The position numbers and the translations under genes were made by a program. Source: Spirochaetota bacterium (GTDB lineage: Bacteria > Spirochaetota > UBA4802 > JAFGDQ01). From it: a stretch of 64,000 nt of DNA. Of this stretch, positions 31,653 to 41,296 are shown one piece after another; positions within the stretch are counted from its first letter, which is position 1; every line of letters starts with the position of its first letter. The notes under the pieces are model-generated. The model was given only the letters and a program-made list of their open reading frames with translations, did no database searches and was not told the origin of the DNA. The stretch is from contig JAZDKB010000010.1 of assembly GCA_043803405.1 (NCBI GenBank), positions 80,686-144,685 of the forward strand, given 5' to 3'.

Positions 31653-32671
31653 TTTAAAATCCTGCCCATGTAAACATACCGGTCCCCAACGAGCTGTCCG
31701 GAAGAAACATCCTTAAGGGCTTTGCCGATCTTCTCTTTGAATGTAATAATACGTACGCGGTTTACGTCCATGGTCGCTTCTATTGCGCTGTCGCCTCCTG
31801 TGAAAATCATAACATGAGTGATCTTCTTTGGATCGTCTTTTTTAGCAAGAAAAACAAGGTCGCCGGGTTTAATTTCCGGATATGTGATCTGTCTGCATTT
31901 CATGAACTGCTCGCCTGCGTCGCGCGGTATGTTCACGCCGTTGGCCCTGAAAGCCAGATCAACAAGCCCTGAGCAGTCAACGCCCGAAGGATGCTCTTTA
32001 TCATAAGGTCTGTGTCCGGCCCGTCCTCCCCAGAAATAGGGTTCGTCAACGAATTGCAAAGCTGTTTTAATTATATTGTCTCTTAAAATGTTTTCATCAG
32101 TTATTTTTTTTGCCATCACCCGGATATCGTTCATCGGAACCCATGCCTTCCCTCCTCCGACTTTCCGTACACACACCATAATCCCATCGCGGGCTATTAC
32201 AGGAAGCCTTGCTCCAAGAGGAACTTCTTTATATGTGCTGGTTTCTGAATCATTTTCAAAGAATTTTGCGTAACGCTTGATAATAATGGCGTTCGTTTTA
32301 TAATTTGCAGGTTTAAGCGCTAAATGTTTTGTCTGCACCCAGCCTGGATAGCCCTCCCATCTGCTGCGGCGGAAATACTGGAGCTGCTCAACGGCCTCCA
32401 CGCGCGACCACTTGCCTTTTGTCCCGAACACAAGGACTTCTTCTCCGTAGATCAGCTGGGACTCCTCCAGTTCGTCCGCTTCATAAGGAAGTGCTGAAGC
32501 ATTTTTCAGAGAAGGAAGCTGCGGCTCACGGCGCAGATCAGTTACAGGTACAGATACAAGATAAGAAATTCCTTTCGTGTTTTCATCAGCCGGCAATGAC
32601 CGGCTGCCAAAAAGACACAAGCCGGCAATAACGAATAAGCTGGTCAGCAATTTATATTTTGATATTCTCAT
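31649..32671 (-). CDS. SH3b + NlpC/P60 cysteine peptidase (YkfC-like), exported
   Basis: Signal peptide, SQLIYGEEV...YPGWV, PYFWGG, DCSGLV, PRDA, GDLVF and HV. Confidence 0.9.
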   Translation of the reverse strand: MRISKYKLLTSLFVIAGLCLFGSRSLPADENTKGISYLVSVPVTDLRREPQLPSLKNASALPYEADELEESQLIYGEEVLVFGTKGKWSRVEAVEQLQYFRRSRWEGYPGWVQTKHLALKPANYKTNAIIIKRYAKFFENDSETSTYKEVPLGARLPVIARDGIMVCVRKVGGGKAWVPMNDIRVMAKKITDENILRDNIIKTALQFVDEPYFWGGRAGHRPYDKEHPSGVDCSGLVDLAFRANGVNIPRDAGEQFMKCRQITYPEIKPGDLVFLAKKDDPKKITHVMIFTGGDSAIEATMDVNRVRIITFKEKIGKALKDVSSGQLVGDRYVYMGRILN

Positions 32672-32941
32672 TACAGTTTATTTATAATATTCATTCAATT
32701 AAATATTCTTAATGCAAAACAAATAACATATATTATCGCAGAAGATACTCAGACCATAACAGGTGTAACATTTATTCATACAAATCTAAAATAATAAGTT
32801 TTAATAAAGTCAATTATCATTTAAAATAATTTTATTAAAATAATATTTGACACAGCCTTTGTAGCAACACACTTTTTCTTAAAGTAAAAAATAGAATAAT
32901 CATTTTATCCTTTATATTAAATTTCAGCAAGGTGATCAGTT

Positions 32942-33085
32942 ATGGACAAATGGACTTTTGGAATTACAATGCTGGTTGTAGGCATGGGAGGGACAATTGC
33001 GACTCTAATGCTGTTCAGTATTATTATGTTTTTATTAAAAAAAATTTTTCCTTACCGCAAAGAAGAAGAAAAGGAAACAGAATAG
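32942..33085 (+). CDS. OadG-like small subunit of a Na+-translocating decarboxylase
   Basis: Not in the ORF track. MDKWTFGITMLVVGMGGTIATLMLFSIIMFLLKKIFPYRKEEEKETE has one TM helix with the family GMG motif and sits directly upstream of the beta subunit. Confidence 0.8.
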   Translation: MDKWTFGITMLVVGMGGTIATLMLFSIIMFLLKKIFPYRKEEEKETE

Positions 33086-33122
33086 AATTAAATCATAAAT
33101 AAAACAAAACGGAGAAATAAAA

Positions 33123-34262
33123 ATGGCAGACGCTTTATTAAGCGGATTATACGGTCTTACTGCAGGGTTTATGAACCTGCAATGGTCGAATATACTGATG
33201 ATAGTAGTCGGCTGTATGCTGCTTTATCTCGGTATTAAGAAGGATTTTGAACCTTTGCTCCTTGTTCCGATCGGATTCGGCTGCATTCTGGTTAATATAC
33301 CATTGGCTGATCTTATGGTTGGGGATGGTTTTTTAAAGATTATTTATGATGCAGGCGTTATTACTGAATTATTTCCGCTTTTAATTTTTATCGGGATAGG
33401 CGCTATGACGGATTTCGGTCCTGTTCTTGAAAATCCATATACGTTCCTTTTAGGTGCCGCAGGGCAATTCGGGATATTTTTAACATTGTTCCTCGCACTT
33501 GCGATCGGGTTTCCTTATAAAGATGCAGTTACGATCGGAATAATCGGCGCCTGCGACGGGCCTACTGTAATCTATGTAGCATCCAAATACGCGCCCCATC
33601 TGCTCGGCGCAGTATCAGTTGCAGCTTATTCGTATATGTCCCTTGTGCCAATGCTTCAGCCGCCAGTAATGAGAGCTTTAACAACAAAGAAAGAACGTGA
33701 AACTATAATGAAGACTCAGCACAGAACAGTTTCAAAAACAACGAAGCTTCTTTTCCCGATCGTTATTACGATTGTCGGCGGTCTTATAGCTCCAAAGGGA
33801 TTGCCGCTTTTAGGAACAATTATGCTGGGCAATCTTATGCGTGAGTCCGGTGCTGTCGGCAGGCTTGTAAAGGCGTCGGAAAACGAAATAGCCAACATTG
33901 TTACGCTGTTTCTTGGTATATCCATAGGCGCTACAATGAGCGGTCCGGTATTTGTGCAGAAAACGACACTCATTATACTTGTTCTTGGTCTTATTGCAAT
34001 TATTCTGGATACGGCCTGCGGAGTGCTTTTCGGAAAACTGCTGTATGTCATAACCCGCGGTAAGGTAAATCCGCTTATCGGGGCTGCGGGTATTTCAGCA
34101 TTCCCAATGTCGGCACGTGTAGTGCAGAAGGAAGGCCAGAAGTACAACAAGAAAAGCTTTTTGTTGATGCATGCCATGGGCGCGAATGCAGGCGGACAGG
34201 TTGGCTCTATAATGGCTGCTGCTGTAATGCTCTCTGTATTAAAAGGTATTGGTATTATCTGA
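33123..34262 (+). CDS. Na+-translocating decarboxylase beta subunit (OadB/GcdB/MmdB family)
   Basis: FEPLLLVPIGFG, GAMTDFGP, IGIIGACDGPT, AAYSYM and HAMGAN. Confidence 0.95.
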   Translation: MADALLSGLYGLTAGFMNLQWSNILMIVVGCMLLYLGIKKDFEPLLLVPIGFGCILVNIPLADLMVGDGFLKIIYDAGVITELFPLLIFIGIGAMTDFGPVLENPYTFLLGAAGQFGIFLTLFLALAIGFPYKDAVTIGIIGACDGPTVIYVASKYAPHLLGAVSVAAYSYMSLVPMLQPPVMRALTTKKERETIMKTQHRTVSKTTKLLFPIVITIVGGLIAPKGLPLLGTIMLGNLMRESGAVGRLVKASENEIANIVTLFLGISIGATMSGPVFVQKTTLIILVLGLIAIILDTACGVLFGKLLYVITRGKVNPLIGAAGISAFPMSARVVQKEGQKYNKKSFLLMHAMGANAGGQVGSIMAAAVMLSVLKGIGII

Positions 34263-34293
34263 TTCGGCAGCAAAGATAGATATAAAATAACCG

Positions 34294-34321
34294 GTAGAGA
34301 TGCGGTTTATTGTGTCTCTAC
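34294..34321. repeat. 28-bp GTAG-type REP palindrome (copy 2, degenerate)
   Basis: GTAGAGATGCGGTTTATTGTGTCTCTAC. Confidence 0.7.
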
Positions 34322-34701
34322 TGGTTATTCTCCTTATTATCCAAATTCTCCTTTTTATCTTTATGCCTCAAATCCGGATCTATTCTTCTTATCCCCATAA
34401 ATATTAAAATAACGCTAAGGGCAAGAAAAAGCCTGTAAGGTATTGTCTCGGGCACAATGTTCATAAAATTGAAGGATCTCTTTTCCTGCACTTTATTTTT
34501 ATCTGCCGGAATGCCGGGTTCGGCTGTTTTATTTCTTATTCTGACCGATATATCCAGGGCATTATCTAAAAGGCTTCTATCTTTGGAATAACCTGTTAAA
34601 AAAGGAGCGCCTGCAAGTGAAATGCAAATACCGATAATAATAAATATTATGCCGATTGTTTTTTGTTTATTCATATATTTAACGCTTAAAGCAAAAACCA
34701 T
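34318..34701 (-). CDS. Hypothetical two-TM membrane protein
   Basis: Two hydrophobic segments. The start may be the internal MNKQK. Confidence 0.65.
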   Translation of the reverse strand: MVFALSVKYMNKQKTIGIIFIIIGICISLAGAPFLTGYSKDRSLLDNALDISVRIRNKTAEPGIPADKNKVQEKRSFNFMNIVPETIPYRLFLALSVILIFMGIRRIDPDLRHKDKKENLDNKENNQ

Positions 34702-34794
34702 CCTTAACTAATTATATTGAAATCTCGATATTTAGCAAACTAAAAGTCAATAATATTTTCTAAACAAAATATGAAAACATAATAATATTGATAA

Positions 34795-35451
34795 TTAATC
34801 AAAATAAGAATCTTCCCAGAAATCTTCTTTTATAAAAAGATTATTCTGCTTCCACATTATTATGCCCATTTTTGTGAGCCGCATAATAAGCCTTGAAAAA
34901 GTCTCAGGTATCGTGCCTATCGCGGATGCTATATCCTTTTTCGGGATAGTGATATTATACTGGTATCTTTTGCCGTAATTATCAATTAAAAACTTAAAGA
35001 ACCTGTCTTCGACATCATGGGACGACATAAAATGAATCCGGTCTGTCAGGTATCGCAATTTTTCAAATACAGCGCCAATAAAAATATTCCTTGATTCAGG
35101 ATTGTCGATCATGGACCAGAAAGAATCGCGGTGAATTGCGATTATTTCCGACAATTCCGTTGCTGTGGCGCTGGCGGGATAATGGCTTCTGCCGAAAAGA
35201 ATTGCTTCTGCAAAAAATTCTCCCGGATTGATAATCTTTATGGTGCTCTCCTTGCCGTCGTAGGATGTTTTATAAACGCGTATGTTGCCTTTAAGCAAAA
35301 TATAAAAGAACGATCCTTCAAAACCTTCGCTGAATAAAGTTTCCTTCTGTTCAAGCGTTCTGTGAATTGCGTTTTTAGACAGAGCAGACAATGCCTGTGC
35401 GTTCAGATTTTTAAACAGGTCAAGATTTTTTAGCGATTTTATTGCATCCAT
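34795..35451 (-). CDS. Crp/Fnr family regulator (HcpR-like)
   Basis: cNMP-type domain (LFSEG, GEFFAE, YPASA), GTIPETFSR helix-turn-helix, divergent from hcp. Confidence 0.9.
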   Translation of the reverse strand: MDAIKSLKNLDLFKNLNAQALSALSKNAIHRTLEQKETLFSEGFEGSFFYILLKGNIRVYKTSYDGKESTIKIINPGEFFAEAILFGRSHYPASATATELSEIIAIHRDSFWSMIDNPESRNIFIGAVFEKLRYLTDRIHFMSSHDVEDRFFKFLIDNYGKRYQYNITIPKKDIASAIGTIPETFSRLIMRLTKMGIIMWKQNNLFIKEDFWEDSYFD

Positions 35452-35504
35452 AATTGTTCCATAACAAATTTCTTTTAATTCAAATATTTAAATAAATTCC
35501 ACTC

Positions 35505-35518
35505 TTGACTTATGTCAA
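35505..35518. promoter_or_regulatory. Crp/Fnr-type binding site
   Basis: TTGAC-TTAT-GTCAA, a perfect 5-4-5 palindrome between the regulator and hcp. Confidence 0.75.
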
Positions 35519-35657
35519 TGAGTAATTTTTACAACATGTTACATTATAATTATAAAAATGATTGTTCTGAAATGATTATATAGGATATAATAATAAAATA
35601 TCTCCGAACGATTATTTTTAAATATTATACAAATTATAATTTTCAGGAGAAAAAAAT

Positions 35658-37289
35658 ATGTTCTGTTTTCAATGTCAGGAAACTGCAAAAAACGAAGGAT
35701 GCACAATTAGAGGCGTGTGCGGCAAAACCGAAGAGACTGCCAATCTTCAGGATCTGCTTTTATTTGTGCTCAGAGGGATTTCCGTGTATAGCGCGGAACT
35801 CGCAAGGAACGGCAAACTTGATAAAGAAATCGGCCGCTTTATTATCAAAGGATTATTTGCCACTATAACCAATGCTAACTTCGATTCATCCAGGATCATT
35901 GAGCTTATTAAAGAGGGACTATCGATACGCAAAACATTACAGGAAAAAACCGGCCCGGTAAAACCAGGCCTTCACGATTCAGCAGTATGGTTTTCGGACG
36001 ACATCAATGAATTCAACTCAAAGGCAAAAGAGGTTGGTATACTCGCGACCAGAGACCAGGACGCGCGCTCGCTGCGCTCCCTGTTGCTTTTCGGATTAAA
36101 GGGCATAGGCGCTTACGCGGAGCACGCAACTGTTCTGGGATTCGAAGACGACACCATCTACGGATTTCTTGCTGAAGCTCTCGAAAGCACTACAAAAGAC
36201 CTCACGACAGATGAAATGGTGAGCTGGGTATTAAAAGCCGGCGATGCTTCAGTGAAAACAATGGCGCTTCTGGATAAGGCTAACACCGAAACTTACGGGA
36301 ATCCGGAAATAACCAAAGTTAATATCGGAGTAAGAAAAAATCCCGGTATTTTAATATCAGGTCATGATTTAAAAGATCTGCAGGAACTACTGGAACAGAC
36401 AAAAGGCACGGACATTGACGTATATACTCACGGCGAAATGCTGCCATCGCATTATTATCCTGCATTCAAAAAATATGATAATTTTGCCGGGAATTACGGC
36501 GGGTCGTGGTGGCATCAGGATAAGGAGTTCGAGACATTCAATGGCCCCATTCTTATGACTACGAATTGCATTATCCCTGTTAAGGATTCGTATAAAGACA
36601 GAATATTTACAACAGGTATGACAGGTTATCCGGGAGTGAAACATATTGAAGACCGCAAGGTTAATGGCAAAAAAGATTTTTCCAGACTGATTGAGATTGC
36701 AAAAAAATGCAAACCGCCTGTCGAAATCGAAACCGGCGAAATCATCGGCGGATTCGCGCACGACCAGGTGTTCAAGCTCGCTGACAAGATTGTGGATGCT
36801 GTTAAGTCCGGTGCAATAAAACGCTTTGTTGTAATGGCAGGCTGCGACGGCAGGCAGAAGCCGAGAAGTTATTTCACAGAAGTAGCTGAGAATCTGCCCA
36901 AGGATACAGTAATACTTACAGCCGGATGCGCCAAGTACAGATACAATAAATTAAAACTGGGAGATATAGGCGGCATCCCCAGGGTGCTCGATGCAGGCCA
37001 GTGTAACGATTCCTATTCGCTTGCTGTAATCGCCCTAAAGTTAAAGGAAGTATTTAACGCAAAAGATATAAATGATCTTCCGATTTCGTTTGATATTGCG
37101 TGGTACGAGCAAAAAGCAGTTGCAGTTCTGCTTGCTTTGCTTGCTCTCGGCTTTAAAGGAATACGGCTTGGACCGACACTTCCGGCATTCCTGTCGCCCG
37201 CTGTTGCGAAAGTGCTTGTAGATAATTTCGGAATAAAACCGACAGGCGAAGTGAAGGGTGATATTGAAGCAATGATGGCCGGGAAATAA
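35658..37289 (+). CDS. hcp: Hybrid cluster protein (hydroxylamine/NO reductase)
   Basis: MFCFQCQET...GCT..GVCGK, SGHDL, GCDG, GQCNDSY and WYEQKAV. Confidence 0.97.
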   Translation: MFCFQCQETAKNEGCTIRGVCGKTEETANLQDLLLFVLRGISVYSAELARNGKLDKEIGRFIIKGLFATITNANFDSSRIIELIKEGLSIRKTLQEKTGPVKPGLHDSAVWFSDDINEFNSKAKEVGILATRDQDARSLRSLLLFGLKGIGAYAEHATVLGFEDDTIYGFLAEALESTTKDLTTDEMVSWVLKAGDASVKTMALLDKANTETYGNPEITKVNIGVRKNPGILISGHDLKDLQELLEQTKGTDIDVYTHGEMLPSHYYPAFKKYDNFAGNYGGSWWHQDKEFETFNGPILMTTNCIIPVKDSYKDRIFTTGMTGYPGVKHIEDRKVNGKKDFSRLIEIAKKCKPPVEIETGEIIGGFAHDQVFKLADKIVDAVKSGAIKRFVVMAGCDGRQKPRSYFTEVAENLPKDTVILTAGCAKYRYNKLKLGDIGGIPRVLDAGQCNDSYSLAVIALKLKEVFNAKDINDLPISFDIAWYEQKAVAVLLALLALGFKGIRLGPTLPAFLSPAVAKVLVDNFGIKPTGEVKGDIEAMMAGK

Positions 37290-37299
37290 AATATAAGCC

Positions 37300-37343
37300 G
37301 TAGAGACGCACGGCCGGGCGTCTCTACGGCCGTGGGTCTCTAC
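37300..37343. repeat. 28-bp GTAG-type REP (copy 3, 37300-37327) with a duplicated 3' arm
   Basis: GTAGAGACGCACGGCCGGGCGTCTCTAC followed by GGCCGTGGGTCTCTAC. Confidence 0.8.
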
Positions 37344-37368
37344 GGCTAAATACAGAAGGGAGAAATCG

Positions 37369-38199
37369 ATGAAACGAAAAATTATAACTATAGATGAAGA
37401 AAAATGCAACGGATGCGGCCTTTGCATAACAGGCTGCCCGGAAGGCGCACTTCAGCTTATTGAAGGCAAAGCAAGGCTGGTAAGCGATTTCTTCTGCGAC
37501 GGCCTTGGCGCATGCATCGGGAACTGCCCGCAGAACGCCATTACAGTGACGGAACGCGATGCTGAAGCCTATGATGAAAAACGCGTCATGGCGAACATCG
37601 TGCGCCAGGGAGCAGCAACAGTGAAAGCGCATCTGCTGCATTTAATACAGCACGGCGAAACAGGTCTTTACAATGAAGCAATAGCGTACTTAAAAGAAAA
37701 TAATATTACTATACCCGAACATAAAGCAGCGGAAAGTTGCGGACATGAATTTCACATCTGTCCGGGCTCTGCTGCAAAAAGCATTGAAAAAAAATCCGCA
37801 AAAAGCGATAAAGATGATTCCGTGGGAATAGAATCAGAACTGCGCCAATGGCCTGTGCAGCTTATGCTGATAAATCCGGCTGCTCCCTATTTTGACAATG
37901 CAGATCTTTTAATATCCGCGGACTGCGTCCCGTTCGCGCATGGAAATTTCCACAGAACATTTTTACGTGATAAAATCGTTATCATGTTCTGCCCGAAGCT
38001 TGATCCGCATATTGAACAATATATTGAAAAAATGACTGCAATATTTACAGGCCATAAAATTAATTCAGTAACAATCGTTAAAATGGAAGTTCCGTGCTGT
38101 GGAGGAATTAATTTTGTCATAGAAGAGGCATTAAAACGATCCGGTAAAAAAATCCCTGTTAAAACATATATCATAAAAATCAATGGGGAAGCAGCGTAG
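37369..38199 (+). CDS. 4Fe-4S binding protein of the hcp-associated family
   Basis: CNGCGLCITGCPEG, CDGLGACIGNCP, QWPVQL, CPKLD and MEVPCCGG. Confidence 0.9.
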   Translation: MKRKIITIDEEKCNGCGLCITGCPEGALQLIEGKARLVSDFFCDGLGACIGNCPQNAITVTERDAEAYDEKRVMANIVRQGAATVKAHLLHLIQHGETGLYNEAIAYLKENNITIPEHKAAESCGHEFHICPGSAAKSIEKKSAKSDKDDSVGIESELRQWPVQLMLINPAAPYFDNADLLISADCVPFAHGNFHRTFLRDKIVIMFCPKLDPHIEQYIEKMTAIFTGHKINSVTIVKMEVPCCGGINFVIEEALKRSGKKIPVKTYIIKINGEAA

Positions 38200-38205
38200 A
38201 ATCTA

Positions 38206-38763
38206 TCATTCTTTTTTAGCGGTTTGTCTCCCGAATATTGTAAAATATTTTTTATGGCTTATGAATCCTCTTCGGTGCGAATGAACATTTTCTATTGTAA
38301 TATAAGCATTCGGCTCAAGGGCATTTGTCATTTCCATGATTTTTTTCACGTTCTTTTTTCTTACAACAGTATAAATAATCTGTATTTCGCCTTTAGTGCC
38401 TTTCCCGTTCACAATAGATATGTCGAAACCTTCGTCTTTAAGCATCATAGGAAGGGCAGTTACTTTTTCGCTCGTAATGATCCTGATAGACTGAAACCCG
38501 ATTGATAATCTCGACTCTATGAGCATGCCTATGTAATTGCCAGCTGCGAAGCCGCCGGCATAGCTTAAATAGCTGAAAATGCCGCTTAAATTATTCAGCG
38601 CCTTTCCGATCGCAGTCAGCCAGATCAATATCTCCACAAAAGCAAGCACAGGCGTTATCCTTCTATGTCCCTGCGATATAAGGATTATCCTGATAGTGCC
38701 TATGGACACGTCGACGATCCTGGCAAAAAAAATGTACAATAAAGCAACATATTCCTCACTCAT
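38206..38763 (-). CDS. UPF0316 (DUF5698/DUF2179) membrane protein
   Basis: ARIVDVSIGTIR, YAGGFAAGNYIG and EPNAYIT. Confidence 0.88.
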   Translation of the reverse strand: MSEEYVALLYIFFARIVDVSIGTIRIILISQGHRRITPVLAFVEILIWLTAIGKALNNLSGIFSYLSYAGGFAAGNYIGMLIESRLSIGFQSIRIITSEKVTALPMMLKDEGFDISIVNGKGTKGEIQIIYTVVRKKNVKKIMEMTNALEPNAYITIENVHSHRRGFISHKKYFTIFGRQTAKKE

Positions 38764-38819
38764 AATTATCTTTCTTTATCCTCCGGTTTATGCATATTTA
38801 TTTGTATAGCTTGATAATA

Positions 38820-38847
38820 AAATACCCCGTCTATCGCCGGGGTATTT
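38820..38847 (-). terminator. Rho-independent terminator for the 38876-39112 gene
   Basis: On the minus strand: AAATACCCCG-GCGATAGA-CGGGGTATTT followed by TATTAT. Confidence 0.7.
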
Positions 38848-38875
38848 GTAAAAATTATCATTCTTAAGATAATAA

Positions 38876-39112
38876 TTATTTATTTTCATCCGGATTATCC
38901 GGTTCCGGCTGATTTATAGACTCGCCAGGAACAAAGTCATCCTGTTCCTCGCCGGGTTCCTGATAAATATCCGGCGGAGGTTCAGCATCCATGTCGTTCT
39001 GGCAGGCTTTGATCTCATTGTAATATATATGGGAAACAAAACCGGCCTTCGCATTTATAGAACAAAATAAAATAAGTATAATACCAAAAAATAATTTTTT
39101 TAAACTAATCAT
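38876..39112 (-). CDS. Small exported acidic/proline-rich hypothetical protein
   Basis: Signal peptide (AKA cleavage site), D/E/P-rich tail, followed by a terminator. Confidence 0.65.
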   Translation of the reverse strand: MISLKKLFFGIILILFCSINAKAGFVSHIYYNEIKACQNDMDAEPPPDIYQEPGEEQDDFVPGESINQPEPDNPDENK

Positions 39113-39217
39113 AATATGAACCTTATCTTTATTACATTAAAAGTATAATTTACTTTTTACATACTTGTCAATTATTTTCCTGAAAGGGAAGCGAATCAAT
39201 ATTCAGTTGTTCAAGAA

Positions 39218-40066
39218 TCATTTTACTGCATAAACTTCAATAGTATCGGAAAAAGACAGTAGCCTTGAGATGCCGGAATAGACTGTTTTAAATGGCATAA
39301 AAAAAACGGAATTTTGGGAGATAATCCTTTCCGGATGTATCCCGCCCGGGAAAACATAAACAGTCCGGAATCCCATGCCTTTTAAAAATTTTTTCACAGT
39401 ACCGGGTGAAAAATCTATCCTGTGGTCAAAAGGGTGCGTTTTAAACCAGGCTGAACGATCAAATAAAAACTGTGGGCCGAAAAAAGACGGAGTTGAAAAC
39501 GCGAAAACCCCGCCTCTTTTAATCGACTTAGATATTTTCTTTACAGCGCCTGAAGGATCAGCAGCATGCTCTAAAAAATACCATGCGGTTATTATGTCAA
39601 ACATTTCAGGTATGTTAACATCATCGAATGAAGAATTGATAACGTTTAATTGAAGTTTTTCAGCACAATATTTTGAAGCATATTCCGATATCTCAATTCC
39701 GAGAACATCTTTTATGCCGGAATCCGATGCTGCCTTTAAAAAAAAGCCCATAGCAGAACCGATATCCAGCAGGCTTATTTTGCCGGTATTTTTAATTATC
39801 TTTAATATTCTTTTGATTCTGCGGATAGAAACGGAATATATACTGTTAAAATCCTCTAAGTATGTTTTCCCGTATTGATCTTTATACTGAGAAGTAAAAT
39901 AGCTGTCGTCGTATTCCGCATTTCTGTGCTTTGCATTAAATATTATGCCGCATCTGCAGCATTTAAAAAGAGATATATGATTATCATATATCTCTTTTAC
40001 AAATTCAGATACGCATAATGGACAGACCGATTCAGAGAGGTTTATTTTATCCGAATCATTTGTCAT
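39218..40066 (-). CDS. Class I SAM-dependent methyltransferase with an N-terminal Zn-ribbon
   Basis: CPLC...CCRCG, LLDIGSAMG and FDIITAWYFLEH. Confidence 0.88.
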   Translation of the reverse strand: MTNDSDKINLSESVCPLCVSEFVKEIYDNHISLFKCCRCGIIFNAKHRNAEYDDSYFTSQYKDQYGKTYLEDFNSIYSVSIRRIKRILKIIKNTGKISLLDIGSAMGFFLKAASDSGIKDVLGIEISEYASKYCAEKLQLNVINSSFDDVNIPEMFDIITAWYFLEHAADPSGAVKKISKSIKRGGVFAFSTPSFFGPQFLFDRSAWFKTHPFDHRIDFSPGTVKKFLKGMGFRTVYVFPGGIHPERIISQNSVFFMPFKTVYSGISRLLSFSDTIEVYAVK

Positions 40067-40547
40067 TTTTTTTCTTTTTTGCCGGCTCTACTACAATGGG
40101 AACGCCCCTGATCCTTGTTTTATCCAGAGAAACAAGAACCATTTCGGCGAATTGTTCAGGGACTTCAAAAAAAGAGTAAGTAGAATAAATATCGATTTTA
40201 CCTATCTGCTTTCCCTCAATGCCTGTTTTTTTAACTATTTCCCTGATCAGATCGCCGGGTGCAAGGCGGTGGTTTTTTCCTATATTGATAAATAATCTTG
40301 CCTTACCGTTTTTAACGTCTTCGAAATAAATTTTTCCGGTCTCGGATTTTTTCACCCTGTCTTCCAGAGACAGGTCAAGCTTGGAAATGTCGCCCAGGGA
40401 TTCTTTCAAAAGAGCTAAAGCGATTCTGCTCGTTCCCACTAAAAAAGGAAGTTTCTTTTTAAGTGCTTTTAACACTTTCTGATAATCGGATAAATCGTCG
40501 TTTAGCGCCGTGTTCAGTATCTGCTCCAATTTCTTTTCCTGCATCAT
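40056..40547 (-). CDS. Stand-alone DbpA RNA-binding domain protein
   Basis: RLFINIGK...PGDL...IGKIDI...YSFFEVP, with no helicase core. Confidence 0.85.
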   Translation of the reverse strand: MMQEKKLEQILNTALNDDLSDYQKVLKALKKKLPFLVGTSRIALALLKESLGDISKLDLSLEDRVKKSETGKIYFEDVKNGKARLFINIGKNHRLAPGDLIREIVKKTGIEGKQIGKIDIYSTYSFFEVPEQFAEMVLVSLDKTRIRGVPIVVEPAKKKKNDK

Positions 40548-40641
40548 AAATTATCCTCACAACTCACATGGGTCGTTATATTTAATTAAAATCGACATTA
40601 ATTATTGTATGTTTAAAAATTAATCAAGCAATTTTCTGTTG

Positions 40642-41295
40642 CTATCTGCATCTGTATCCTACATTCCGGACTGTTTCAATAATTGAGTTGAATTCATCGC
40701 CCAGCTTCCCGCGCAGCCTTCTTATGTGCACATCTACTGTTCTTGTGCCTCCGATATAGTCCAGTCCCCAGATTTTATTCAAAAGATCCTTTCTGGAGAA
40801 AACAATGCTTTTATTTTCGGCGAATAATCGCAAAAGTTCAAATTCCTTATATGTAAAATCCTGTTTAATATTATTAATGTAAACTGAATATTCCTTAAGG
40901 TTAATTTTAATATTCCCAATAATTATTATATCTTCATTGTTTAAAAGATTATTACCCCATAATATTTTTTTAATGCGTACAGTAAGCTCTTCTTTCCTGA
41001 AGGGATAGATTATAAAATCATCGAAAAACCACTCAAAATCCAGAGTCGGGATTGTGCTTGTCGTAAGAATAAGAAGAACAGGCATTTCGCGGATTTTTTT
41101 TCTGATTCTGGAAAGATGGAATTGCGCGCTTTCTATAGTTTTAAAATAATCGAAGTCCACACAGAGAATAAGCAGATCTTCAGATTTAATAGCATCTAAA
41201 GATTTATAGGGCCTTGTACTGAAGCCGGCCACATTATCTTTAAAATAATCTGCGAGTTCGGCGTTGTTTGATAATAATCCGACATTAGCTTCCAC
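40642..41295 (-). CDS. OmpR/PhoB-type winged-helix regulator with an atypical receiver domain
   Basis: TYKEFELL, RTVDVHIRRLRGKLG and IETVRNVGYR. The N-terminal receiver motifs are degenerate. Confidence 0.88.
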   Translation of the reverse strand: MEANVGLLSNNAELADYFKDNVAGFSTRPYKSLDAIKSEDLLILCVDFDYFKTIESAQFHLSRIRKKIREMPVLLILTTSTIPTLDFEWFFDDFIIYPFRKEELTVRIKKILWGNNLLNNEDIIIIGNIKINLKEYSVYINNIKQDFTYKEFELLRLFAENKSIVFSRKDLLNKIWGLDYIGGTRTVDVHIRRLRGKLGDEFNSIIETVRNVGYRCR

Positions 41296-41296
41296 G

